NCBI GenBank assembly: GCA_028293765.1
Contig: JAQGOG010000045.1
Location: forward strand, 22,856 to 86,855
DNA from: Gammaproteobacteria bacterium
GTDB taxonomy: Bacteria > Pseudomonadota > Gammaproteobacteria > Steroidobacterales > Steroidobacteraceae
Direction of reading: 5' to 3'
DNA: 64,000 bases
Shown here: positions 54,344 to 63,940 of the stretch, one piece after another
Position numbering within the stretch: the first letter of the stretch is position 1
How the letters are laid out: every line of letters starts with the position of its first letter
Notes under the pieces: generated by a model
What the model saw: only the letters and a program-made list of their open reading frames with translations
What the model was told of the DNA's origin: nothing
Databases searched by the model: none
Program-made: the position numbers and the translations under genes

Positions 54344-56005
54344 TCAATAGAAATTTCGTACGGTCATCACGATGGCGGTGCTTCCGATCACGACGCACGC
54401 CGTCAACATCGCCATCCTCCAACGCTGGCGGCTCGAAGCCACCGCGTCCTGAATTTCTGGAATGACTCCCAGCGGGGACAGGTCCAGTACGCGACGGACA
54501 TCGCGGCTCCCACGCACCGTCTGGTCGACGCCTTCGGCAATCACGACTGCGGTGAGCGACAGAAGAACGGAGAGAATGAGCCCGATTGCAGCGATAGCAA
54601 TACGTTTGGGCTTGGCGGGCTTGGACGGCGTCGAAGGCGCCTGCACCAGTGACAGCTCGTCGCTGCGGCCGCTGGCGATCGCCGCACTCGTGAGCTCGGA
54701 ATCCATCTGGCTCTTGTTGAGCTCGTCGTACTTCGAGTGCGCCAGCTCCAGATCGCGCGTCAGAGTCTTATATTCCCGCTCCACCTGAGGCGTTGCCTCG
54801 ACGCGCTTCTCGAGCTGATCGAGCTTGGTGCGCAACTCGCCGCTGCGGCGGTCGAGGCCGGCGAGCTGCGTATCGATTGCATTGATCTGCGTGCGCAACT
54901 GCACGACCGCGGGGCTACCGGAAGGATTCCCGGCACTGGTCTCGCCGTTGGCAATGCGCGTTTCGAGCGTCTTGATCTGGCGCTCGATCCGCTTCACATC
55001 CGGATGATCCTCGCTGTAGCGCTGCCTGGCCTGCGCGAGGATCTGCTTCTGGGCCGTGAGCTGCGCGGGCAGCGACAGGCTGTCGATTGCCGTTCCACCC
55101 GCGCGCATGGTTTCTATCTGCCGGCGCAGGGCGATCATGTCAGGGTGATTGGCGTCGTAGGTGGAGAGCTTGCGGTTGTACTCGGCCTGCAGCTGCGACT
55201 GCATGCCTTCGTCCATGCCCGCGTTACGCGCCTGTTCCATCTGCTGCTGCAGGAAGATCTTGTCCTGCCGCAACGCGCGCTCCTGCTGGCCGACGTCGTC
55301 GAGGTCGCGCTGCGTGCGATCCATGACGTTCAGGTTGAGGTCGGTCAGCTCCGGCAGCTGCCCGAAATTCTTCGCCTTGAACGCCGCAAGCTTGCTCTCG
55401 AGCTGGGCGATGTCTGTGCGATATCGAGCCGCCTCGGTGTTGTAGAACTGCGCGGAGTTGGTGGCGCGCACCTGGAGGTTGGAACGGCTCGCGGCCATGA
55501 ACGAGTTCGTCAGCCAGGTCGCCACCTTGTGCGCCGTTTCGGGATCGCGGCTGCCGTACTGAACCGTGAACGCCTTGATGATCTCGCGCTCGCGGCCGTT
55601 GTCGGGGTCGAGTACGGGTATCTTCACCGTCTCGACGCGGGTTCTGGAGACGACGTCCTGCAGAGCGTCCGCCAGCTCCTCTCCCGCGGGCACGATCCCC
55701 GGCATCTGCTTGAGCAGCTTCGTCAGGTTGGGTCCGCTCAGAACGGATTCCGACAGGCTGTTCACGTACTCGTCCATATAGGGCTTTTCCCTGCTGGCGC
55801 GCTCTTTGTCGACGGCCAGCTTGCCCGACACGGTGGCGTCCGAGAACGAGATGAGTCCCGTGGAGACGTAGATGTCCGGCAGACCCACGGCGAGCGCTAT
55901 GGCGATCGCGAGGATCGGCAGCGCAATTCCAGTGAGCAGCACGCGCCGCCGCTTGATCGCGGCGACGTAATCCGAGAAATCCGGAGTCAGTTGAGTGTCG
56001 GTCAT
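54344..56005 (-). CDS. Polysaccharide co-polymerase / chain-length determinant (Wzz/GumC family)
   Basis: 553 aa. An N-terminal TM follows YVAAIKRRR. A long coiled-coil periplasmic region is followed by a C-terminal TM pair. The ATG overlaps the upstream stop (ATGA). Confidence 0.85.
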   Translation of the reverse strand: MTDTQLTPDFSDYVAAIKRRRVLLTGIALPILAIAIALAVGLPDIYVSTGLISFSDATVSGKLAVDKERASREKPYMDEYVNSLSESVLSGPNLTKLLKQMPGIVPAGEELADALQDVVSRTRVETVKIPVLDPDNGREREIIKAFTVQYGSRDPETAHKVATWLTNSFMAASRSNLQVRATNSAQFYNTEAARYRTDIAQLESKLAAFKAKNFGQLPELTDLNLNVMDRTQRDLDDVGQQERALRQDKIFLQQQMEQARNAGMDEGMQSQLQAEYNRKLSTYDANHPDMIALRRQIETMRAGGTAIDSLSLPAQLTAQKQILAQARQRYSEDHPDVKRIERQIKTLETRIANGETSAGNPSGSPAVVQLRTQINAIDTQLAGLDRRSGELRTKLDQLEKRVEATPQVEREYKTLTRDLELAHSKYDELNKSQMDSELTSAAIASGRSDELSLVQAPSTPSKPAKPKRIAIAAIGLILSVLLSLTAVVIAEGVDQTVRGSRDVRRVLDLSPLGVIPEIQDAVASSRQRWRMAMLTACVVIGSTAIVMTVRNFY

Positions 56006-57336
56006 TTCGGCTTGTCCGTCGGAATTCCGTTGAGCAGGGGAAGCGGTTGGAAGCGACTCGGAGGCTGGTAGATGAAGGAGACTCCGATGGAATTCCCGGC
56101 CGCGTGCGGCTCACCCTGGAATTTCTGCCAGGTATAGTCGTACTCGCCCTGTATCCGATAGTTTCGGGTGATCTGGTAAGTCATGGCCACACTCGCGGCG
56201 GCGTAGTCGCTTCCCTGTATGCCGAGCTGTGTCTGAGTGGCGCCGCGAACCCGCACGAGACGGGCGCCGACGACACTGGACAGGAGCGGGCGCCATGCAC
56301 GAATCATGCGGAAGCGCAGCTCATCATGCTTCACTACGGCGCCGGTAGCGCTCGGCGACAGATCGCGCAGCGCATCCACCACATACTGCGAGACCTGGTA
56401 GGTCCAGCTGGCGCCCGCTCCGCCGACGAACGCTGTGCTGCTCACGATGCCCTCGACGGTCGTTTGAGCTCGCACGACGTTGACCCCGACACGCGCGTAG
56501 GTCTGCATGGTGGTGGTGGGTTTTGCGTCCCATTCGCCTTCGACCCCAAACCGGTTCGTGTTGTTCGGCGAACCGTCGGGCTGGAAGTGAGCGTAGATTC
56601 CCCGCACCGTAAAGTTGGAGCGTTGCGTGTGGTCGAACTGCAGGCCCGCGGCGCCGTAGAAATTGCGGAAACCCACCTGTTGAACCAGGTTCTGGCTGTA
56701 GGAGACGTTGGTGTATTCGGCGTCGAGATGCAGGTGACGCCGCGGCGTCAAATCATAAGTCATGGTGGGCGCGACGCGTTCCAGATTCCGCCGGTTACGG
56801 ACGGTGACGCGGCCGCTCTGTACGCCCACGACCTGTCCGAGGCTCACCCCCGGAAAGTCGGCCGACAACAGCTCCGAGGAAAGGACGGTCTCGTTGCGGT
56901 ACGACGCGGTCCCGCCAAACGTCGCCTTCTGCGTGCGGTACGAGCCTGTGAGATCGAGAAAACCGTCGGTGGACTGATCCTGGTGATCATCGGGGAGAAA
57001 GCTCGAGCGGATATGCGGAACGATCGAGATATCCGCCCGCGGGTTGAGCAGGCGCATGGCGACCTCCGCCTCGATCAGGGTGCCGTACGCTGCAGTCTTG
57101 GGCGATCCCTGCTCTGCCATCCGATAGTTGTCGTTGTACATCCCGCCCGCCTCGATGAACGGGTTGAAATCCCAATTGGCCGCGCTTGCCTTGCTGAACA
57201 CAGACAGGGAAGCAAGGGTCGCGCCGGTGACGAGCGCAGCTTTTGCTGTCGCAGCAATCGTCGCGGACGCCCCGCTGCCCCGCCCTGCCTGGCCCGAGAA
57301 TGGCGGGCGGGGAGGCTTACGGGACGACAACAACAT
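56002..57336 (-). CDS. Outer-membrane beta-barrel protein associated with EPS export (EpsL-like or PEP-CTERM-locus OM protein-like)
   Basis: About 444 aa from ATG 57336, with a signal-like ...ATLASLSVFSKASAA. It shows alternating beta-strand periodicity and a terminal aromatic region (...FIYQPPSRF). The longer start at 57423 would overlap the Wza-like gene by 107 nt. Confidence 0.6.
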   Translation of the reverse strand: MLLSSRKPPRPPFSGQAGRGSGASATIAATAKAALVTGATLASLSVFSKASAANWDFNPFIEAGGMYNDNYRMAEQGSPKTAAYGTLIEAEVAMRLLNPRADISIVPHIRSSFLPDDHQDQSTDGFLDLTGSYRTQKATFGGTASYRNETVLSSELLSADFPGVSLGQVVGVQSGRVTVRNRRNLERVAPTMTYDLTPRRHLHLDAEYTNVSYSQNLVQQVGFRNFYGAAGLQFDHTQRSNFTVRGIYAHFQPDGSPNNTNRFGVEGEWDAKPTTTMQTYARVGVNVVRAQTTVEGIVSSTAFVGGAGASWTYQVSQYVVDALRDLSPSATGAVVKHDELRFRMIRAWRPLLSSVVGARLVRVRGATQTQLGIQGSDYAAASVAMTYQITRNYRIQGEYDYTWQKFQGEPHAAGNSIGVSFIYQPPSRFQPLPLLNGIPTDKPK

Positions 57337-57925
57337 CGCCAGCCTGCAGCGTGATGTTCTGATCAAGGTTCCTGCCGCGGATGACGTCCGTGTAACGGAA
57401 CGGCAGCGCTTGCTGCTGGCCACCTTCCGTCCGACGCAGGATCATGATGTCACCCAGTGCGGCGAACGGAGTAGTACCCCCCGCCATGCTGAGCGCCTGC
57501 ATCACATCGACACGTGGATTGACGATGAAATCGCCAGGCTTATTCACTTGGCCGATGACGTACACCTTGTTTCCCTTGATCTCCTGGATCGAGACGGTGA
57601 CCACCGGATCGGAAATGAACTTCTTCAGCCGCTCCGTCACCAGCTGCTGCAGCTCCTGCACCGTTTTGCCGCGGGCATCCATCTGCCCCGCGAGCGGGAA
57701 GGAGAAGGCGCCATCCGGGCGCACCAGCACCGGCCCTTGCAGGTCGGGCTCCTTCCAAACAGAGACCGCCAGGATGTCGCCTGGCTTCACCGTATAACCG
57801 GCATCCGGCAACGCAGCCCTCGCCGGGGGCGGCGGGGGCGCAGCCCTCGCTGAGGGGGCCAAGGCGCCACAGAGGGCCATCGACAAAAGAAACGCGCACG
57901 ACCCGCGTGGCCTTCGAAACTGCAT
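57317..57925 (-). CDS. Short polysaccharide export protein (Wza/EpsE-like periplasmic PES plus SLBB domains)
   Basis: 202 aa with a signal peptide. YTVKPGDILAVSVW...VRPDGAFSFPLAG...GKTVQELQ...VYVIGQVNKPG. Poly_export and SLBB pattern. Confidence 0.85.
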   Translation of the reverse strand: MQFRRPRGSCAFLLSMALCGALAPSARAAPPPPPARAALPDAGYTVKPGDILAVSVWKEPDLQGPVLVRPDGAFSFPLAGQMDARGKTVQELQQLVTERLKKFISDPVVTVSIQEIKGNKVYVIGQVNKPGDFIVNPRVDVMQALSMAGGTTPFAALGDIMILRRTEGGQQQALPFRYTDVIRGRNLDQNITLQAGDVVVVP

Positions 57926-58155
57926 TAGAGATACCTCCTTTTCTTTTCCGTATCGGGGGTTCAGAAAAGCTAGACGCTAAGCTTGGAGCAAGTACCGTAC
58001 CCGCCCACCGATACGTGCCGGGCGCTCCACGCCGGGAGCGGTAGCAAGATGCGGGACCGCCGGAACGTTTCGCTCGCGTCCGCGTTTGTTTTCAGGCGCC
58101 ACTTCGGGATAGTTATGATGCTCGGGCCAACGGCGCGAGTTCCCTTGCAATTTCC

Positions 58156-59316
58156 ATGACGGTCGACCCCCAAAGCGCTCCCACCATCTGCTTCGTCGGA
58201 CTCAGCAACCTGCCTGTGCTTGCACGCGAGTACGGGCGGCATGGCGTGGGCGGCGCCGAGCTGCAGCAGACCCTGCTGGCGAAATCGCTCGCCGCACGGG
58301 GCTTCGCGGTCTCCATGGTGGTTGCCGATTACGGCCAACCGGACGGTGCCGTCTGGGACGGCATCAAAACTTACAAAGCGTATCGCCCCGCCGCGGGACT
58401 GCCGCTGCTGCGTTTTGTCCATCCGCGCTGGACACGGTTATGGGCGGCCCTGAAACGGGCCGACGCCGACATTTATTACACGAGTTGCGCCGGAGCGCTG
58501 CTCGGCCAGGTAGCGCTGTTCGCGCGGCTGCACGGCGCGAAAGTCATTTTTCGCGTCGCGAGTAATTCCGACTGCGACCCGCGGGCGCTCCTCATCCGCT
58601 ACCGCCGCGATAAGTCTCTCTACCGCTATGGATTGCGGCGGGCGGACCTCGTGCTCGCGCAGACACCCCAGCAACAGCAGGCACTGTTGGCAAACTTCGG
58701 ACGCAGCAGTCTTGTGGTCGCTTCGCTCACCGACACCGGAGGACGGCGACCCACCTTCGCTGAACGCGACATCGATGTGCTCTGGGTGGGGAACATGCGC
58801 CCGCTCAAACGCCCGGAGCTGCTGCTCGAAGCGGCACGCAAGCTGCCCCACCTGCGATTTCACATAATTGGCGGATCGATGCCGGGAGCGGAGAGTTTTT
58901 TCGAGACGGTACGCACCGCGGCCCGGCAGCTCGCGAACGTGCACTTCCACGGCGCCGTTCCTTACCACGAGGTAGGCGAATTTTACGAACGGGCACGCGT
59001 GTTCGTCGGCACGTCGGCCATTGAAGGCTTCCCGAATACTTATTTACAAGCCTGGTCGCGTGGCACTCCGGTGGTGGCCTTCCTGGACCCGGAGCATCTC
59101 ATCGCCCACAACGGCACGGGACGTGCAGTAACAAATGCCGCGCAGATGTACGCCGCGATTGTTAAGTTAAGCAGCGACCCGCTTGTATGGGAGACAGCCA
59201 GCCTGCGCAGCCGGGAATACATGGACAACCGCTTCAACGAGGCCCGCATGGTGTCGCCCTACGTCGAGGCACTCTCCTCTATATATGAGCGCGCGGCCCC
59301 AGTTCGCGCGAGCTGA
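58156..59316 (+). CDS. Glycosyltransferase family 4
   Basis: 386 aa. ICFVGLSN...GGAELQ N-terminal GT-B motif and the C-terminal EGFPNTYLQAWSRGTPVV motif. Confidence 0.85.
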   Translation: MTVDPQSAPTICFVGLSNLPVLAREYGRHGVGGAELQQTLLAKSLAARGFAVSMVVADYGQPDGAVWDGIKTYKAYRPAAGLPLLRFVHPRWTRLWAALKRADADIYYTSCAGALLGQVALFARLHGAKVIFRVASNSDCDPRALLIRYRRDKSLYRYGLRRADLVLAQTPQQQQALLANFGRSSLVVASLTDTGGRRPTFAERDIDVLWVGNMRPLKRPELLLEAARKLPHLRFHIIGGSMPGAESFFETVRTAARQLANVHFHGAVPYHEVGEFYERARVFVGTSAIEGFPNTYLQAWSRGTPVVAFLDPEHLIAHNGTGRAVTNAAQMYAAIVKLSSDPLVWETASLRSREYMDNRFNEARMVSPYVEALSSIYERAAPVRAS

Positions 59317-59325
59317 AGAAACGAC

Positions 59326-60483
59326 ATGCTGGAGTCGATCGTTACATCCGATGACTGTGACAACACCGCCGCACGCAGGCCGGCGGTCGCGTGCCGAAGC
59401 GTATTGATGGTCGGGACCGACCTCGACGGGATGGGCGGCGTGAGGGCCGTGGTACGCGGCTACCTCGATGGCGGCTTGTTCGAGCGCTACCGCTGTGTGT
59501 ACGTTGCCACACATCGTGCTGGAAGCGCCTGGATCAAGACCGTCACGGCGCTCAGAGCGTGGGTGAAGGTAGCCGTCTATTTACGCAAGCTCGATGCACC
59601 GCTCGTTCACGTACAAACAGCATCGCGCGCGTCATTCTGGCGCAAGTCCGTCGTGTGTCTGATGGCCCGGTGGGCAGGCCGTCCGTACCTGCTACATGTC
59701 CACGGCGGCGAGTTCATGCAGTTCTACGAGCAGGAATCGGGCCCCCTTACACAGCGCTTCATCCGCAGCATATTCGCGCACGCGGCCCTGGTTATTGCCC
59801 TGTCCGAGGAATGGCGCGAGCGGCTGCTGCGCATCTGTCCCACCGCTCCCGTGGAAGTGCTACACAACGCCGTCGCACTTCCCAACACCGCGGGACTGCT
59901 CCGCCTCGAAGACCGTGAACCGACGTTGCTGTTCCTGGGAAACCTGGGAAAGGGGAAAGGGACTTACGACCTGGTCCGCGCCTTCGCCCGCGTCGCACCC
60001 CTCTTTCCCCGCCTGAAGCTGATCTGCGCGGGAGTGGGAAGCCTGGACGAGGTGCGCCAGCTCGCGACACAGCTGGACGTAAGCGACCGAGTGGTTTGCC
60101 CTGGCTGGCTGAACCCGGAGCGTAAGAACGCGGAGCTCGCCAGCGGGACCCTTTTCATTCTTCCCTCCTATGCCGAGGGCATGCCCATGGCGCTGCTCGA
60201 GGCGATGTCATGGGGTCTTCCCGTCATCGCAACGCCGGTCGGCGGTATTCCGCAGGTCATCGAGCACGACGTCAATGGCCTGCTGGTGCCCGCCGGGGAC
60301 ATCGATGGTCTGGCCGCAAACATCACCCGCCTCATGAAAGATCCAGCATTGCGCGAGCGGCTGGGCGCCGCGGCGCGCACGACGATCGAAACGGGTTTCT
60401 CGCTGGACGAGGCACTCGATCACTTGAGCAGAATCTATCGCCGCTTCGGACTCGAAGCGCGCGCAGCCGGAGAAATCGCTTGA
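59326..60483 (+). CDS. Glycosyltransferase family 4
   Basis: 385 aa. GGVRAVV..., C-terminal PSYAEGMPMALLEAMSWGLPVIATPVGG (EX7E). Confidence 0.85.
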   Translation: MLESIVTSDDCDNTAARRPAVACRSVLMVGTDLDGMGGVRAVVRGYLDGGLFERYRCVYVATHRAGSAWIKTVTALRAWVKVAVYLRKLDAPLVHVQTASRASFWRKSVVCLMARWAGRPYLLHVHGGEFMQFYEQESGPLTQRFIRSIFAHAALVIALSEEWRERLLRICPTAPVEVLHNAVALPNTAGLLRLEDREPTLLFLGNLGKGKGTYDLVRAFARVAPLFPRLKLICAGVGSLDEVRQLATQLDVSDRVVCPGWLNPERKNAELASGTLFILPSYAEGMPMALLEAMSWGLPVIATPVGGIPQVIEHDVNGLLVPAGDIDGLAANITRLMKDPALRERLGAAARTTIETGFSLDEALDHLSRIYRRFGLEARAAGEIA

Positions 60484-62720
60484 AGCAGATTGCCCAATAT
60501 CAGGACGGCAGGCTCGAACTACAGGACGTACCGCTCCCCACCGCGCCCCCGGGCGGCATCCTCGTGCGACTCACCCACTCCGTCATCAGCGTCGGCACCG
60601 AGAAGATGAAAGTGGAGCAGGCACGGATGAACCTGCTGCAGAAAGCGCGGGCGCGTCCTGACCAGGTACGCAAAGTTCTCGATACCGCACGCACTCTCGG
60701 CTGGCGCGCGGCACTCGAAAAGGTTCGCAACCGTCTCGAGATACCCAGCCCGCTGGGCTACAGCGCGGCGGGAGTCGTGGAAGCGGTGGACCCTGGCAAC
60801 ACGCGCTTTCGTGTTGGCGACCGCGTAGCGATCGGCGGCGCGGAATGCGCCTTCCATGCGGAGTACGCGGCGGTGCCCGACATGCTCGCGGCGCGTGTTC
60901 CCGATGGAGTCGAAAACTGGCAGGCCGCGTACGCCACGATTGCCTCCATCTCGCTGCAGGCCGTGCGACAATTGGAGCCGACGCTCGGTGAGCGGGTCCT
61001 CGTCGTGGGCCAGGGCTTGGTCGGGCTGCTGGTCACAGCATTTCTGCGCGCAAGCGGTGCGCGAGTCATGGCGCTGGATGTTGCGCCAGCGCGTCGTGCC
61101 CTGGCACAAGCCATGGGTGCGGAAAAGGTCGTCATCGCAGGACAGCAGGACCTGCGGCAGGAAGTCAGGTCATGGACCGAAGGATACGGCGTAGACGCAG
61201 CCATCCTTGCCGCATCCGCCTCCACCAATGCTCCGACGGAACAGGCACTCGAAGTTCTGCGCGACCGCGGTCGTGTGGTCGTCGTGGGCAAGACCAAGGT
61301 GGATTTGCCTTGGGAATACGCCTTCGGAAAGGAAATCGACGTGCGCTTCTCGCGCAGCTATGGACCTGGCCGTTACGATCCCGCCTATGAGTGGGCCGGC
61401 GCCGACTACCCGATCGGCTATGTCCGCTGGACCGAGCAGAGGAACTTCGAGGCCTGCCTGCATCTCATGAAGACGGGCGATCTCAACATCGCCGCGCTCA
61501 CCACTCGCCGCGCACCGTTCGCCCAGGCGCTCCAGGTGTATCAGCATCTCATGGGCGAGGGAGCAGCCAGCGAGGCCGGCGTCATCCTGGAATATGCAGA
61601 CCCCTCACGCAGTGTCGCACCTCGACTGACCCTCGTGCAGGCAGCGTCGCTGCCGACCAATGCCGACACTCCGGCCAGCAGCGCGGAAGCGCCCGCAGTC
61701 GCCCGACACGCGACTCGGCGATCGGCAGCGCCAGTGGGCCCGCTTTCTGGCCCCGTGTCTCGTGTTGATGTGATCGGAGCCGGGAACTTCGCGCGGAGCA
61801 TGCTTCTGCCGCACCTCAAGGGCCGCGTCCCCCTCGGGACCGTTGTCAACAACACGGCGCTGAGCACCAACCACGTCCGGAACAAATTTGGCTTCGCGCA
61901 CGTCGCCACGAGCTACGAGCAGATCTTCGCCGCAGAGGCGAACGCCGCGGTGCTGATCGCCACCCGCCACAATCTTCATGCCTCCCTCATCGTCGCGGCT
62001 CTCGCCGCGAACCGCCACGTTTTCGTCGAAAAACCGCTGTGCCTGACACGCGGCGAGCTCACCGAAATCGAGGCAACCCTCGCCGGCAGCCGTGGCAGCG
62101 TGCAAGTCGGGTTCAATCGGCGTTTCTCCGGAGCGGGGACCGAGCTGCGCCAGTTGCTACGGGAAACGCCCGGGCCCAAGACGGCCAGCTTCCGGGTCAT
62201 GGCCGGCGCACTCGAGCCGACGAGTTGGTTCGCAAACTACACCGAGAGCGGCGGGCGCGTCCTGGGCGAGGCCTGCCATTTCTTCGATTTCCTCTGCTTC
62301 CTGTTCGAGTCGCAGCCCGTGCGAGTCAGTGCGCAGACGGTCTGGCCGCCGGCCGGTCGCCTGCCTTTTCCCGACAGCATCACCGCGCAGGTGGAATTCG
62401 CCGACGGCTCCTGCGGGCAGCTCGTCTACTCGGCGGAGGGCGACAGCTCCTGGCCGAAGGAGATCTGCACGGTGTTCGGCGCCGGGCTCACCGCGGAGCT
62501 GCACAACTTTCAGAAGCTGGTGATCCACCGGCAACGACGCCGGACTTCCAAGGACTTCGAGGGCAAGGGACACGCGCAGCAGATGGCCGCCTGGACCGCA
62601 TTTCTGCGCGGCGCAGGCCCGCATCCCCTGCCCTTCGCGGCAGCACGGCAATCGACGCTACTCACCTTCGCCGCCGTGGAAGCGATCCAGCTGGGCCGCG
62701 CCGTAGACATCGAGGCCTGA
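60480..62720 (+). CDS. Bi-domain oxidoreductase (Zn-type alcohol dehydrogenase/MDR domain fused to a Gfo/Idh/MocA domain)
   Basis: TTG 60480 overlaps the upstream stop (TTGA) and gives (M)KQIAQYQDGRLELQDVPLP..., the usual N-terminus of this family. The MDR part contains VVGQGLVGLL. The Gfo/Idh/MocA part contains VIGAGNFARSMLLPHL and EKPL. The 836-aa ORF-track form is an upstream out-of-frame extension inside the GT4 gene. Confidence 0.8.
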   Translation: MKQIAQYQDGRLELQDVPLPTAPPGGILVRLTHSVISVGTEKMKVEQARMNLLQKARARPDQVRKVLDTARTLGWRAALEKVRNRLEIPSPLGYSAAGVVEAVDPGNTRFRVGDRVAIGGAECAFHAEYAAVPDMLAARVPDGVENWQAAYATIASISLQAVRQLEPTLGERVLVVGQGLVGLLVTAFLRASGARVMALDVAPARRALAQAMGAEKVVIAGQQDLRQEVRSWTEGYGVDAAILAASASTNAPTEQALEVLRDRGRVVVVGKTKVDLPWEYAFGKEIDVRFSRSYGPGRYDPAYEWAGADYPIGYVRWTEQRNFEACLHLMKTGDLNIAALTTRRAPFAQALQVYQHLMGEGAASEAGVILEYADPSRSVAPRLTLVQAASLPTNADTPASSAEAPAVARHATRRSAAPVGPLSGPVSRVDVIGAGNFARSMLLPHLKGRVPLGTVVNNTALSTNHVRNKFGFAHVATSYEQIFAAEANAAVLIATRHNLHASLIVAALAANRHVFVEKPLCLTRGELTEIEATLAGSRGSVQVGFNRRFSGAGTELRQLLRETPGPKTASFRVMAGALEPTSWFANYTESGGRVLGEACHFFDFLCFLFESQPVRVSAQTVWPPAGRLPFPDSITAQVEFADGSCGQLVYSAEGDSSWPKEICTVFGAGLTAELHNFQKLVIHRQRRRTSKDFEGKGHAQQMAAWTAFLRGAGPHPLPFAAARQSTLLTFAAVEAIQLGRAVDIEA

Positions 62721-63940
62721 TGGGCGCGCGAGCTCCAGGTCTGCTGTTCATCGTCAACTCGCTGAGCTTGGGCGGCGCGGAGAAACAGGTCGTCACCCTG
62801 CTCAACCACCTGGACGAGAGTCGCTTTCGCCTGCATCTCGCGTATCTCAAGCGGGGCGAGCGCCTGCTTCCCCAACTCAACACCGCGAAACTCGATGAGC
62901 TCATGTGCTGTGACGTGAATCGCGGCCTCGAGCGCCAGGCTTTGCGCAAGCTGCGGCACCTCATCCGCGCCCGCCACATCGATGCCATCGTGTGCACCAA
63001 CACCTATTCCATGCTCTATGGCTACCTTGCGCGGCTCGCCGGCACTCGGCCGGGCGATGCCCGTCGAGGCAGCGGCAGTCTGCCGAAGCTGGCCACCGTA
63101 TTTCACACGACGCTGCTCAGGACCTACAAGGAAAAGGCGCAGATGCTGCTCTACCAGCGGCTCTTCAAGCGCAGCGACCTGCTGCTTTACGTCTGCGAGA
63201 ACCAGCGGGACTACTGGCGGGATCGCGGCCTGCGCGCGGCAAGGGATGGCGTCGTCCATAACGGCATCGACGTGGAGCATTTCTCGGACGAGCAAACGCC
63301 CGGCCAAAAGCAAGTCATGCGGCGGAGTCTCGGATTCGGTCCACACGACTATGTGATCGGCCTGTGCTCGTCGCTACGTCCCGAGAAGGCCCACGGCGAT
63401 CTGCTGCGGGCCGTGGCGCGGCTGCGTTCGCAAGGGCTGCCCGCGAAAGTCCTCTTCATCGGTGATGGTCCGGAACGTGAGGCCCTCGAACGGCTGGCGC
63501 TGGAGCTCGATCTGCAAGAGCATCTGCGCATTACCGGCCTGCAACACGACGTGCGCCCGTTCATAGGGTGCTGCGACGTGATGACCCTGGTCTCGCACTC
63601 CATCGAGACCTTCTCGTTGGCGGCCCTCGAATCAATGGCCCTCGCCAAGCCGCTCGTCATGACCGACATCGGCGGCGCGTCGGAGCAGGTGCTGCACGGG
63701 CAGAACGGCTTTCTGTTCGAGCCCGGCAACATCGACGCTCTGGCCGCGCATCTTTCGAGTCTTACATCGGAATCGTTGCGGGCACAGATGGGCGCCGCCG
63801 CGCGGCGGCGGGTGCGCCAGTTATTCACCGTAGAGGCGATGACGGCCGGCTTTACGGAACAGATGGCCCAACTACTCGGCGACGGCCGCTCACGGCCTAC
63901 TCTCGAGCACCCCGCAGAGCAGAGCGGCTACCTGACATGA
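62720..63940 (+). CDS. Glycosyltransferase family 4
   Basis: ATG 62720 overlaps the stop of the oxidoreductase (TGATG). LLFIVNSLSLGGAEKQ and C-terminal ETFSLAALESMALAKPLVMTDIGG. Confidence 0.85.
   Translation: MGARAPGLLFIVNSLSLGGAEKQVVTLLNHLDESRFRLHLAYLKRGERLLPQLNTAKLDELMCCDVNRGLERQALRKLRHLIRARHIDAIVCTNTYSMLYGYLARLAGTRPGDARRGSGSLPKLATVFHTTLLRTYKEKAQMLLYQRLFKRSDLLLYVCENQRDYWRDRGLRAARDGVVHNGIDVEHFSDEQTPGQKQVMRRSLGFGPHDYVIGLCSSLRPEKAHGDLLRAVARLRSQGLPAKVLFIGDGPEREALERLALELDLQEHLRITGLQHDVRPFIGCCDVMTLVSHSIETFSLAALESMALAKPLVMTDIGGASEQVLHGQNGFLFEPGNIDALAAHLSSLTSESLRAQMGAAARRRVRQLFTVEAMTAGFTEQMAQLLGDGRSRPTLEHPAEQSGYLT

Noticed and set aside
58145-58149. TTGCA just upstream of the GT4 start, considered as the -12 element of a sigma-54 promoter that GlrR might use.
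   Set aside because: No GG dinucleotide sits at the required distance upstream (the spacing would be 14, not 11). The element is only about 7 nt from the ATG. Other TGGCAC occurrences (11513, 20033, 23135, 44224, 61103) lack a properly spaced TTGC and are intragenic.
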